NCBI GenBank assembly: GCA_030141605.1
Contig: JAQGDQ010001104.1
Coordinates: 1-62,484 of the forward strand
Direction of reading: 5' to 3'
DNA: 62,484 bases
Source of the DNA: Tubiluchus corallicola
Taxonomy: Eukaryota > Animalia > Priapulida
The translations under genes and the position numbers were made by a program. Positions within the stretch are counted from its first letter, which is position 1; every line of letters begins with the position of its first letter. Shown here one piece after another: positions 1 to 12,840 of this stretch. The notes below the pieces were generated by a model. It ran no database searches. It was not told the DNA's origin and was given only the letters and a program-made list of their open reading frames with translations.

Positions 1-344
1 TAATAAATAAATAAAAACCCAGGGTAAAAGCTGTAAGCAGAATCTTAATGAACAAATTGGGTGAGTTTGAGTGATGAACGAACAGGATTGAGTGAGTGGA
101 TGAATAAGAGTATAACTGAATGAGTGATTGACGGAGTGTGTCTGAGTGAAGGTGTGTATCAAAGAAAGAATGGTCGAATAAATAGTGAATGAATAAAGAA
201 AACAAAGGACGAAGAAGTGAATGAGTGAAGGAATGAATGCATGAACGACAAAGCAAGCTAACTAACAAAAAAGTCATCTGTGACAACCACATTCTCAAAG
301 TAAAAAATCATATTAAATCTTACCGATGTGAATTTTACTTTTAG

Positions 345-395
345 ATTTTCAGGTATTATAGCAAGCAATGCAGCGTTTTTTCTGGCAAAGGCTTG
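345..395 (+). CDS. Possible internal exon of a gene entering from the left (IFRYYSKQCSVFSGKGL)
   Basis: TTTTAG acceptor at 344 (alternative CAG at 352) and GTAATC donor at 396; ends in phase 0, compatible with the exon at 6687; no recognisable homology. Confidence 0.25.
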
Positions 396-589
396 GTAAT
401 CCTTCTTCTTTGCTGTGTAATTTGGACAGTCTGTAATTAAAAGGCAATAAATTTTGATTTTAATTATTCAGAAGTTGACTTACTTAAGATTAGATTAGTT
501 TATTTTAGCATGAAAGCCATACAAAAAACATCAAAACATTACAAATAAAATAATAGCATAGGGTAGTGTAGGATATTGCGGGGTAGGGT

Positions 590-790
590 GCGGGTGGATA
601 GGGTAGGGTAAGGTAAGGTAAATCAAGATAAGGTAAGGCAAGGTAAGGTAGTGTATGATAAGGTAAGGTAAGGTAGATTAAGGTGAGATAATGTAAGGTA
701 AGGTAAGATAAAGTAAGATAAGATAAGGTAAGGTAAGGTAAGGTAAGGTAAGGTAATTAAGGTAAGGTAAGGTACAGTAAGGTAAGAATA
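590..790. repeat. (AGGTA)n/(GGGTA)n pentamer microsatellite
   Basis: Direct reading; explains the LPYLT-type ORF at 678-935. Confidence 0.9.
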
Positions 791-1594
791 GGTATAGGTG
801 TCCTATGCAGACTTGCAAAGGCTTCACAAAAACTGTTATATAAAATAGGGAGAGATCCAGTGAATGCATCGTACAATTATACTGGGGGTAAGTAGCTGGT
901 GGAATGTAACAGGAATAGTTCATAGATGGCAGCACCTAATTAAAATGTACAATTACAACTTCCACAATCAGTCTCATATTCAATATCAGTCTGTGAAATA
1001 TCATCATCATTGCCGGCACAAGATTTAGACTCTGAATCCAAAACGCTAGCAAGGACTCCATCTAATTGCTGCCTTCCGCTCATCATTTCAGCTGGTAAAA
1101 AAGTATCAGTTAATATACTATTATTACTTTTAGTCTATTACTATTACTATTAGTTATTAGTATTTTCGTTAATATCATAATCATCATTATGATTATCAGG
1201 GTGATGATGATTATTTCAAGTGATACTAATAATCAACGAATTTAGTTGGCTACATAACACATGCAAATTACTCATTTCAAAAAGTTTGCTTCTTATTCAA
1301 TCCAATGCAAAGATGAAGTCTGACAAAACAATTTTCAACGACTGCTGTCAATTACGTGCATACCGCAGTAAAATTATGCAGTTATTCGATTAGAATACTT
1401 GCATCAAAACAACAATTTCGGCCTTGGTTGCTTTGTTTACACTAGTGTATGTGAAAGTCATGTTTGAAGTTGTTGATCACTCACTTTGTTATGTAAAAAA
1501 CAGTATGTAAGTGAAATAAAATTTCAAAACGAATTTTTCAAGCTTTATGTTTATGAAGGGTTTTCTTGTGCTTCAAGCGAATTTAGTCATGTAA
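788..1594 (+). repeat. 807-bp direct duplicate of 10224-11030 (includes the right-hand part of the solo LTR and its ATCAG flank)
   Basis: Appears identical by eye at offset 9436, from ATAGGTATAGGTG to AGTCATGTAA. Confidence 0.95.
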
Positions 1595-3605
1595 TATTTG
1601 GTTTAAAGAACTGGTCAGAGATTTGCTCCATCCTCAGTTGGACCAGTCATTCAGCTTTGGACCAATAGATGTGTAATTTGACATGCTCACATGATTGAAG
1701 TTGGCTGTAGCATACTGTGTGTGAATGTGTGTGTGCGTGCGTGCGTGAGTGTGCAGTCGAGAATGGTTTAGCTTCCTCAGAGGTAGTTGAGGTGACGTCG
1801 AGAATGGTTTAGCTTCCTCAGAGGTAGGTGAGGTGACATCGAGAATGGTTTAGCTTCCTCAGAGGTAGGTGAGGTGACATCGAGAATGGTTTAGCTTCCT
1901 CAGAGCAGGTGTAGGTGAGGTAACATCGAGAATGGTTTAGCTTCCTCAGAGGTAGGTGAGGTGACATCGAGAATGGTTTAGCTTCCTCAGAGGCTGGTGA
2001 GGTAACATCGAGAATGGTTTAGCTTCCTCAGAGGTAGGTGAGGTGACATCGAGAATGGTTTAGCTTCCTCAGAGGTAGGTGAGGTAACATCGAGAATGGT
2101 TTAGCTTCCTCAGAGGTACTTGAGGTGACATCGAGAATGGTTTAGCTTCCTCAGAGGTAGGTGAGGTGACATCGAGAATGGTTTAGCTTCCTCAGAGGTA
2201 GGTGAGGTAACATCGAGAATGGTTTAGCTTCCTCAGAGGTAGTTGAGGTGACATCGAGAATGGTTTAGCTTCCTCAGAGGTAGGTGAGGTGACATCGAGA
2301 ATGGTTTAGCTTCCTCAGAGGTAGGTGAGGTGACATCGAGAATGGTTTAGCTTCCTCAGAGGCAGGTGTAGGTGAGGTAACATCGAGAATGGTTTAGCTT
2401 CCTCAGAGGTAGGTGAGGTGACATCGAGAATGGTTTAGCTTCCTCAGAGGTAGGTGAGGTAACATCGAGAATGGTTTAGCTTCCTCAGAGGCTGGTGAGG
2501 TGACATCGAGAATGGTTTAGCTTCCTCAGAGGCTGGTGAGGTAACATCGAGAATGGTTTAGCTTCCTCAGAGGTAGGTGAGGTAACATCGAGAATGGTTT
2601 AGCTTCCTCAGAGGTAGGTGAGGTAACATCGAGAATGGTTTAGCTTCCTCAGAGGCTGGTGTCACTTGAGGTGACATCGAGAATGGTTTAGCTTCCTCAG
2701 AGGCAGGTGAGGTGACATCGAGAATGGTTTAGCTTCCTCAGAGGTAGGTGAGGTAACATCGAGAATGGTTTAGCTTCCTCAGAGGTAGGTGAGGTAACAT
2801 CGAGAATGGTTTAGCTTCCTCAGAGGCTGGTGAGGTGACATCGAGAATGGTTTAGCTTCCTCAGAGGCTGGTGAGGTAACGTCGAGAATGGTTTAGCTTC
2901 CTCAGAGGCTGGTGAGGTAACATCGAGAATGGTTTAGCTTCCTCAGAGGCTGGTGAGGTGACGTCGAGAATGGTTTATCTTCCTCAGAGGCTGGCTTCAG
3001 GTAAATTCATGCGGTGACATTCAGTCCAACCTTCCACATGAACAGTAGTAACATTAAGCAAACTGTCCCAAGTATCCATTTGGCTGTAAATTCCGATAGT
3101 GGACAAAATGCATCATAACATATCTGGACTGCTCGAAAACGTTGCTGTCCTTTAACTGTGTAATCACAGTTCTAAAAATGCTAAATGCCAAATTGTAGCA
3201 AATTACATAATCCACAGGTAACACGTACAGAGCAAACGTCTTTACTTCATAGCGAGAAACGTGCCGACTGAAGCCGTTTAAAATAAAACTAGGACAACAA
3301 CCTAGTTTCCAATTTATGCACTTGTTGAAGGACAGGTGTGTGTGGCTTTCCCATCCCGCAGTACTTACAGTACATATTCATAATACTAGCTAAACATTCA
3401 TCTATAGTAAACTGTTTATCAAAACTGAAACACGTAAACTCCAGCTGCAAGTGTCATATTAATACCTGTTCATAACAAAGAGTGAAACAAGAAATGTAGA
3501 ACTTTATTCTACTAAAAGAACTGCAAACACAATAAGACTGCTTTCAATTAAATTTATTTAATATAAATTGAAATTCGATTGGGAACAATAAGGTTTTTAA
3601 AATTA
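1591..3605 (+). repeat. Left arm of ~2-kb inverted repeat (partner ~6925-8951)
   Basis: GTAATATTTGGTTTAAAGAA at 1591 is the reverse complement of sequence ending at 8951; similarity continues through the 41-bp array to ~3600. Confidence 0.95.
1757..2995 (+). repeat. 41-bp minisatellite (TCGAGAATGGTTTAGCTTCCTCAGAGGTAGGTGAGGTGACA), ~30 copies
   Basis: Unit starts at 1757 and 1798; nearly invariant 27-bp core plus ~14-bp variable part. Confidence 0.97.
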
Positions 3606-3876
3606 TTATTATTATTATTACTATTACTATTACTATTACTATTACTATTACTATTACTATTACTATTACTATTACTATTACTATTACTATTACTATTACT
3701 ATTACTATTACTATTACTATTACTATTACTATTACTATTACTATTACTATTACTATTACTATTACTATTACTATTACTATTACTATTACTATTACTATTA
3801 CTATTACTATTACTATTACTATTACTATTACTATTACTATTACTATTACTATTACTATTACTACTACTATTATTAT
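3602..3876. repeat. (TACTAT)n microsatellite
   Basis: Direct reading; source of poly-Leu and (SN)n ORFs. Confidence 0.97.
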
Positions 3877-4255
3877 TTACTATTATTTTCATTACTTACA
3901 CCTTTTTGTTTCTTTTATAACTCACACATGCTTCAGGCTAAGTTCACGAACCTCACAGGGCACACTCCTTGGCAAGGAGATTTATGTTAATATGCGACCC
4001 GTCACCCTCCTGTCAAAGGTCACAGAGCGGGCAGAACATCTTGTTTTTTTTCGTTAGGCTAGATCTTCTTCTACGAGTTTTTCAGCCTGGACCTCAATTT
4101 TTGGCATGCGGCTAGGTGGTGGTGAGTTGCTGTGCATGACTGAATATTAGCCATTTGAGTATGGGAATTTTTTCTGTAGGGAAAAAAAACAAAATCGAGG
4201 GGTTCGACATTTTGTTAAAAATCCATTTAATGTATGCGGTAAACAAAGTGTTTTT

Positions 4256-4596
4256 TATAGGTTTTACACGTCAAATGTAGACACAGGAAAGTTCAAATAT
4301 GACGTAGGTAAGTCAAATGTAGAAGCATCACTTTGAATAAATAGGTAATTAACTCATTTAAGTGCAAATTACAAAAAGATAAACCAAAGATAGTCATCAC
4401 CTCTTTCATACCACCTATCCACATTTAAGATACCAATGTCTCATTTTACTTACCAAAAATGCTTAAAATTTTTTGAAAACCATTGTTAACACATTTGAAC
4501 TACCTAAGTCTACATTTGAGTTACCAAGACACATTTGAACTACCTAAATCTACATTTGACTTAACGTAGGTCTACATTTGACATGTAAAACCTATA
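4256..4596. mobile_element. Non-autonomous DNA element (MITE) with TA flanks; internally deleted copy of 13331-13964
   Basis: TIRs TATAGGTTTTACACGTCAAATGTAGAC...GTCTACATTTGACATGTAAAACCTATA; subterminal TCAAATGT repeats. Confidence 0.85.
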
Positions 4597-5199
4597 TTGT
4601 AATTATAATTATGTAGATTATAGAACGGTAGATTATACGACCTTTCATAGGTCCAGCGGTTGTTGTGGTGTACAAGGTCTTAATTTTAGCGGTTGCTAAG
4701 GTGTAAAATGACTATGTCATCCAAAACAGATAAGGTACATACTCTTTGACAATTGAGGCCACACAGATACAACATACAGAAAACATTGTAAAACATCGAC
4801 AAAGAGGTCATCAACATAGAATGTCTCAATCATATCGAAACAAATTAAAGCTTGGGGTGAGGCGGGTTTGACACTAACAAATGTTGCCCCACCTGGGGTC
4901 ACCTAAAGGCCATCTGCAGGAAATATGTCAAACGTATTGTAGAATATATCAAATCAAAACCTATACAGAGAGCCGATTTGACGTGGTTCATTAAAACATC
5001 GAGCCTCATTTGCAAATGACTCAATTTTCTTTATTTTGCCAAAACCTTTTGCCCTTCGTCCTAGCTTTTTGGTGTGTAGTTGCATGAAATGCATGTCAAA
5101 CTGAATGACCAAAGTCAAAAATTTTGGGCCGTCTGGGGTCACACAGAGGACATCTAAAGGAAATGTCGCAAACAACTGTGCAATAATTAATGGATACTA

Positions 5200-5789
<590 letters not shown>

Positions 5790-6356
5790 TTTAAGGATCT
5801 GGTCTGGGATTAATTTAGGAAGATGCTTAATGTTAAGTTAGTAATGTAGCAGTCCAGGACATTATAATCAGAGGCTGGTATGAAGGCACCATCAGAGTGT
5901 TTCTGACGCATTTGTATATGTGTAGGATGCCTGGCAACGTGATAACATGTGACCTCCAATAAACCATCGTGGCTTTGTGCTTGAGCAATCATTCTACCTC
6001 ATGTAATACGATTGTGGTTATTGCAAATTTGACCTACACCATCATTGACGATCTGGTTGATTATTTTGAAACAAACAAATTTTTGTAAATACAAAACAAA
6101 AGCTGTGAGTTAAAGCATCTCCTGTCACAGAAGCAGAATCTTACCACAGTTTTTGACACAGTCAAAGACGTCCACTAGTTCATACTTTGCTTTGCTTTTA
6201 TTTTAATTACTTAATTTTGTCATTTACTCAATTATTCGTTCGATTAATCGTTAATTCGCTCGTTCACTAATTCATTCCTTCGTTTATTCAGCTATTCACT
6301 TATTCGTGCACCGATTTGTTCGAGTTTTATGTTCATGTGGTAACAGCATCATTGCA

Positions 6357-6545
6357 GGGTGGGGTGGGGTGGGGTGGCGTGAGTGTGGTAGGGTAGGGTA
6401 GGGTAGGGTAGGGTAGGGTAGGGTAGGGCAGGGCAGGGCAGGGCAGGGCAGGGCAGGGCAGAGCAGGGCAGGGCAGGGCAGGGCAGGGCAGGGCAGGGCA
6501 GGGCAGGGCAGGGCAGGGCAGAGCAGGACAGAGCAGAGCAAGGTA
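6357..6545. repeat. (GGGTA)n/(GGGCA)n pentamer microsatellite, G-quadruplex-capable
   Basis: Direct reading; many GGG runs with 2-nt loops. Confidence 0.95.
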
Positions 6546-6686
6546 CAATAGAGTAGAGTTGAGTTGAGTTTAAAGTAGAGAGTAAGGTAGAATAAGGAAA
6601 ACAAGAGAAGATTTGAGTAGACTACAGTCAGGTGAAGTAAAGTAAAGTAAATCAAAAAATGAAATCTCTTATTTTTCTTTTACCAG

Positions 6687-6857
6687 GGAAAAGTTGATAT
6701 GAACAACAAAATCAGTGAGGACATCTACATGGGACACTTTGACTTCACTGTTGCTGGGAAGAAATACAACATGCAACAAAAGATTGGACTCACCTCAGAA
6801 ACGTTGAAGCAGACCATGCCAGCTGTGTTAAAATCTGCTGTCAAAATGGCCGTCTAA
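6687..6857 (+). CDS. Probable terminal coding exon of an unidentified gene (GKVDMNNKISEDIYMGHFDFTVAGKKYNMQQKIGLTSETLKQTMPAVLKSAVKMAV*)
   Basis: Strong pyrimidine tract + CCAG acceptor at 6686; 56 open codons with protein-like composition; TAA at 6855-6857; AATAAA at ~6975 and ~7025. Confidence 0.55.
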   Translation, partial: GKVDMNNKISEDIYMGHFDFTVAGKKYNMQQKIGLTSETLKQTMPAVLKSAVKMAV

Positions 6858-6924
6858 TTTTTTTCCGGGAATTGGTTGAGAAAATGGGATAGAATAATTT
6901 AGAATTTCAGGCTTTAAAATTAAC

Positions 6925-8951
6925 GTAATTATAAAAAAACCTTATTATTGCCAAGCGAATTTCAGCTTATACTAAATAAATTTAATTGAAAACAATCTTA
7001 TTGTGTTTGCAGTTCTTTTAGTAGAATAAAGTTCTACATTTCTTGCTCACTCTTTGTTATGAACAGGTATTATTATGACACTTGCAGCTGGAGTTTACGA
7101 GTTTCAGTTTTGATAAACAGTTTACTATAGATGAATGTTTAGCTAGTATTATGAATAGGTACTGTAAGTACTGCGGGATGGGAAAGCCCCACACACCTGT
7201 CCTTCAATAAGTGCATAAATTGGAAACTAGGTTGTTGTCCTAGTTTTATTTTAAACGGCTTCAGTCGGCACGTTTCTCGCTATGAAGTAAAGACGTTTGC
7301 TCTGTACGTTTTACCCGTGGACTATGTAATTTGCTGCAGTTTGGCATTTAGTATTTTATAACTGTGATTACAGTTAAAGGTCAGCAACGTTTTTGAGCAG
7401 TCCAGATATGTTATGATGCATTTTGTGCACTCTCGGAATTTAGAGCCAAATGGATACTCGGGACAGTTTGCTTAATCCGTTATGGAGTTACTACTGTTCA
7501 TGTGGAAGGTTGGAGTGAATATCACCGCATAAATTTACCTGACGCCAGCCTCTCAGGAAGCTAAACCATTCTCGACGTTACCTCACCAGCCTCTGAGGAA
7601 GCTAAACCATTCTCGACGTTACCTCACCAGCCTCTGAGGAAGCTAAACCATTCTCGACGTTACCTCACCAGCCTCTGAGGAAGCTAAACCATTCTCGACG
7701 TCACCTCACCTACCTCTGAGGAAGCTAAACCATTCTCGACGTCACCTCACCTACCTCTGAGGAAGCTAAACCATTCTCGACGTCACCTCACCTACCTCTG
7801 AGGAAGCTAAACCATTCTCGACGTCACCTCACCTACCTCTGAGGAAGCTAAACCATTCTCGACGTCACCTCACCTGACACCTGCCTCTGAGGAAGCTAAA
7901 CCATTCTCGATGTTACCTCACCTACCTCTGAGGAAGCTAAACCATTCTCGACGTTACCTCACCAGCCTCTGAGGAAGCTAAACCATTCTCGACGTTACCT
8001 CACCAGCCTCTGAGGAAGCTAAACCATTCTCGACGTTACCTCACCAGCCTCTGAGGAAGCTAAACCATTCTCGACGTTACCTCACCAGCCTCTGAGGAAG
8101 CTAAACCATTCTCGATGTCACCTCACCTACCTCTGAGGAAGCTAAACCATTCTCGATGTTACCTCACCTGACACCTGCCTCTGAGGAAGCTAAACCATTC
8201 TCGACGTCACCTCACCTACCTCTGAGGAAGCTAAACCATTCTCGACGTCACCTCACCTACCTCTGAGGAAGCTAAACCATTCTCGACGTCACCTCAACTA
8301 CCTCTGAGGAAGCTAAACCATTCTCGACGTTACCTCACCAGCCTCTGAGGAAGCCAAACCATTCTCGACGTCACCTCACCTACCTCTGAGGAAGATAAAC
8401 CATTCTTGACGTCACCTCAACTACCTCTGAGGAAGCTAAACCATTCTCGACGTCACCTCACCTACCTCTGAGGAAGCTAAACCATTCTTGACGTCACCTC
8501 ACCTACCTCTCAGGAAGCTAAACCATTCTCGATGTTACCTCACCAGCCTCTGAGGAAGCTAAACCATTCTCGACGTCACCTCACCTACCTCTGAGGAAGC
8601 TAAACCATTCTCGATGTTACCTCACCTGACACCTGCCTCTGAGGAAGCTAAACCATTCTCGACGTCACCTCACCTACCTCTGAGGAAGCTAAACCATTCT
8701 CGACGTCACCTCACCTACCTCTGAGGAAGCTAAACCATTCTCGACGTCACCTCAACTACCTCTGAGGAAGCTAAACCATTCTCGACTACACACTCACGCA
8801 CGCACGCACACACACATTCACACACAGTATGCTACAGCCAACTTCAATCATGTGAGCATGTCAAATTACACATCTATTGGTCCAAAGCTGAATGACTGGT
8901 CCAACTGAGGATGGAGCAAATCTCTGACCAGTTCTTTAAACCAAATATTAC
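6925..8951 (-). repeat. Right arm of ~2-kb inverted repeat, containing the reverse-oriented 41-bp minisatellite (~7545-8787)
   Basis: Reverse complement of 1591-3605. Confidence 0.95.
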
Positions 8952-9766
8952 CATCTCACTCTAAAATACAAGTGCCAATGATAAAATGAATGAATGAATC
9001 ACAAACCATCCCACACCAAAGCTTCCAAAGCTCAATCACAGAGTTATAACACACCTTGCACTGTCACAGACAATAACAAATGACCCAGATCAGCCACTTC
9101 ACACTGCTGCCATCTGGATGCACATACAGGACTCTGCTTCATTCAGCAAGAGTGTTTCTAAAATAATGTTAGTTATTCACCAAAAAATGAAATTCATTAT
9201 TTAGGAGTAATTTTAGCATGCAATGATAGATTATATTATAACTGATTAATTTTCAGTATAAAAAAGATATATCGTTGTTTCTTGTTGCCATGGCAACCGT
9301 TTTCAATACGCGATTTTGCCAAAATGGGCTAATTTTCCAGTTAAAATAAACTTTGTTGTTGAACTGTAATCTGCTTGTTGCATATGATAATATTAAAAAA
9401 TTAATTTTGATTTATTTCAAGTGCTAAAAAATTTGCTGTTGATTTTTGTTGCCATAGCAACGATTTTCGACTTCTATTTCACGCCCAAAACTGTTGACTT
9501 TATGAACAGCGAAAGGACCATTTCTCACTAAATCTCACATTTTTACCTTTAATTGTTCTCAAAAAATTTATTCCATTTCTTCACAAGATTCAAATTTACA
9601 GCATCCGGTTAGAAAATGTTGTCAAGATGCTTAGACATTACAAGTGCACTGTCTCTTGTAGTCTCTCTTTGAATGAGGAGGTTTGTCAGGACAATCTGGG
9701 CAAAAGAAAGTTGTCTGTAGACTACCACCGAACAACTATGACTAGAATTATCATTATCATTATCAG

Positions 9767-10402
9767 TGTGAAAGCCATGTTTAAAGTTGTAGATCACTCA
9801 CTTTGTAGAACAAGAATAAAAAAACTATACTACATATTTGCACAGAAAAGTGTTTATTAACTACAGACACATGAGTAGAATGACTGCTGCACTGAACACT
9901 GTGAATGAGAGTGTCCTGCACTGAACACTGAGAGTGAGAGTGTCCTGCACTGAACACTGTGAATGAGAGTGAGAGTGTCCTGCACTGAACACTGAGAGTG
10001 AGAGTCCTGCACTGAACACTGAGAGTGAGAGTGTCCTGCACTGAACACTGTGAATGAGAGTGAGTGTCCTGCACTGAACACTGTGAATGAGAGTGAGTGT
10101 CCTGCACTGAACACTGTGAATGAGAGTGAGTGTCCTGCACTGAACACTGAGAGTGAGAGTGAGAGTCCTGCACTGAACACTGAGAGTTAGACAGTGACTA
10201 GAAAGTAAAACCAGTCAATAAATATAGGTATAGGTGTCCTATGCAGACTTGCAAAGGCTTCACAAAAACTGTTATATAAAATAGGGAGAGATCCAGTGAA
10301 TGCATCGTACAATTATACTGGGGGTAAGTAGCTGGTGGAATGTAACAGGAATAGTTCATAGATGGCAGCACCTAATTAAAATGTACAATTACAACTTCCA
10401 CA
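9767..10402 (-). mobile_element. Solo LTR with 5-bp TSD ATCAG and internal ~29-bp tandem repeat (10 copies)
   Basis: Termini TGTGAAAG...CTTCCACA; ATCAG at 9762-9766 and 10403-10407; AATAAA on - strand near 9855; homologous to 27228-28099. Confidence 0.85.
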
Positions 10403-11030
10403 ATCAGTCTCATATTCAATATCAGTCTGTGAAATATCATCATCATTGCCGGCACAAGATTTAGACTCTGAATCCAAAACGCTAGCAAGGACTCCATCTA
10501 ATTGCTGCCTTCCGCTCATCATTTCAGCTGGTAAAAAAGTATCAGTTAATATACTATTATTACTTTTAGTCTATTACTATTACTATTAGTTATTAGTATT
10601 TTCGTTAATATCATAATCATCATTATGATTATCAGGGTGATGATGATTATTTCAAGTGATACTAATAATCAACGAATTTAGTTGGCTACATAACACATGC
10701 AAATTACTCATTTCAAAAAGTTTGCTTCTTATTCAATCCAATGCAAAGATGAAGTCTGACAAAACAATTTTCAACGACTGCTGTCAATTACGTGCATACC
10801 GCAGTAAAATTATGCAGTTATTCGATTAGAATACTTGCATCAAAACAACAATTTCGGCCTTGGTTGCTTTGTTTACACTAGTGTATGTGAAAGTCATGTT
10901 TGAAGTTGTTGATCACTCACTTTGTTATGTAAAAAACAGTATGTAAGTGAAATAAAATTTCAAAACGAATTTTTCAAGCTTTATGTTTATGAAGGGTTTT
11001 CTTGTGCTTCAAGCGAATTTAGTCATGTAA
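10224..11030 (+). repeat. Likely source copy of the 807-bp direct duplication (788-1594)
   Basis: Same sequence; here the LTR is complete, so this is the more likely donor. Confidence 0.9.
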
Positions 11031-11732
11031 CACACGATTAGAAAGCCCGTGATATTCTCTATCTAACCGTATATAGTTTGTTAACAGGTAACGTAACGTG
11101 TAAAAAATAACTCAAACCCTAGTTGTAAAATGACATTACTTCAGAAAACAATCGCCAGGTTGCAGCACGAGGGAAAGAACGCGTATTTATTCTTGATAAT
11201 TCCCCGGCTCATCAGACTGCGCATGCGCCACTAGACTTCGAAGACATTTTCTGCATACAGTGGCGGCGCCACCTTATATAGGCCGCTTCTTTACCCTAAC
11301 CATTCTTTCATTCACTCATCCTCCCCTACCTTCCTTCTTCCTATCCATAATCTTACTATTTTTCCATTCCACCATGTCTACTAACCCTAACCATTCTTTC
11401 ATTCACTCATTTGTGCCACCCTAACAAGCCAAGCTTTCAAGGTGTCATACAGCAACTCTTTTATTTGGTTAATTTTACTTTATCAGCGTTTTTTTACCTA
11501 TACTGTTTCTTTTTCTTTCAATAATATTGTATGTTGATGTATTGTATATGTATTGCTGGAGTGAAATAAATTGATCGATTGATTGCTTCTAAAAATTGTA
11601 GTGTGAGGGAGAGGGCAAACTCAAGTGCCGCCCGGATCCTAGCTACGCCATTGCAGTGGAATTGATACATCTAAGATTAGTTAAAACTAATCTCAAACTT
11701 TGCTGCAAACGCGATTTTTTATTTTTAAGATT

Positions 11733-12001
11733 CTTCTTCTTCTTCTTCTTCTTCCCAGCTTTTCCCTATGCGGGGTCGCCGTTGTGAATGAGTCTTCTCC
11801 ACGCATTCCTGTTGTCGACCATAGATTAGAGCGGGTCTGACCACTGCTTTGTGGACTTTACCTTTAAGTCTCACCGACCCATTCATAGAAGGTTTTGGCG
11901 CAGTTTTTACAGGCGGATGCCCTACCTGACCTTAACCCTCCCTATTTATCCGGGCTTGGGACCGGCACTGAGTTGGGCTGGCTTGCATAGTGGCTAGGTT
12001 T
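11733..12001 (-). mobile_element. Short non-autonomous RTE-type retroposon: twister-ribozyme 5' end, RTE ORF C-terminal fragment, (GAA)n tail
   Basis: 18-bp TSD TTTTTTATTTTTAAGATT at 11715-11732 and 12002-12019; minus strand encodes DNRNAWRRLIHNGDPA* then (GAA)n. Confidence 0.85.
11931..12000 (-). ncRNA. Twister ribozyme (P1-type core, lacking the 5' strand of P1)
   Basis: Minus strand reads AA-CCUA-GC-CACU[19 nt]AGUG-CCGG-UCCCAAGC-CCGG-AUAAA-UAGG-GAGGG. P2 CCUA/UAGG, P3 CACU/AGUG and P4 CCGG/CCGG all pair; the loop and GAGGG pseudoknot partner match the twister consensus as I recall it. Confidence 0.85.
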
Positions 12002-12204
12002 TTTTTTATTTTTAAGATTATTGACCAATAAAAATTACAGCAGTTTAAATTCATTTTAGTGGTGCAGGAGGTTTTGGAACGAACAATGGTTTTTTAAGTT
12101 GCCAAGTGGCACGCAATTCATGTTCCAATATTTTAGCTAACTAAATACAGATACAACAACTAACAACACAACAAGTAAAACTGCTTTACAAGAATAGACT
12201 GAAT

Positions 12205-12309
12205 TATATCATCACCATCACCATCACCATCGCCATCACCATCATCAGTATCATCATCGTCGTCGTCTTCACCATCATCATCATCATCACCATCTTCATC
12301 ATCGTCGTT

Positions 12310-12340
<31 letters not shown>

Positions 12341-12420
12341 TCACTATCATTATCATCGTCGTCTTCACCATCATCATCATCACCATCATCTTCATCGCCA
12401 TCATCATCATCATCATCAAC
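12205..12420. repeat. (CAT)n-type degenerate trinucleotide repeat
   Basis: Direct reading; source of poly-Asp/Met ORFs. Confidence 0.9.
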
Positions 12421-12840
12421 GACAAAGACGATGGCGAAAACAACAACAACACTTTGAATTTGCATTGAATTTGAACAATTTAATAAGTGCAAACCTAGTT
12501 TTACTTTATTTTTAAAATAAAAATTGCAACTGCACTTGTAATTCTTTCAAAATAAATGTTGGCCTATCAAGTGTCGAGTTGGTGCAACTTATCCAGTGGG
12601 AGGCGCACATATCAGTTTCAGTAATAGTTGCATGTGGTTTTGACCACAAGTTGTTTGCCACATGCCACACAGTTATACATATATAGGTTAACAGCATTTC
12701 TGCTGCTGTGCTGACTGACCAGCACATGAATCCTAGCATCTTGGCAGTTTGCTCTGGTAAGGCTTAAGCGGGGGTTATAAGAATCAACTAACAACTGGAA
12801 GTGAATGGGAAACAGTACCAATGCTCTAGAGTGACGAATC

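Noticed and set aside
1757-2995. CRISPR-like array (constant 27 bp + variable 14 bp)
   Set aside because: The variable parts are point variants of one sequence, not unique spacers; eukaryotic context and no cas genes
3554-3920. Poly-Leu/(SN)n ORFs, and similar SL/ER/YLLT/CPAL/SVQDT ORFs elsewhere
   Set aside because: Translations of micro/minisatellites
3990-5172. Larger DNA element (TGCGAC...GTCGCA ends) hosting the TA-MITE
   Set aside because: Terminal match too short and no TSD confirmed
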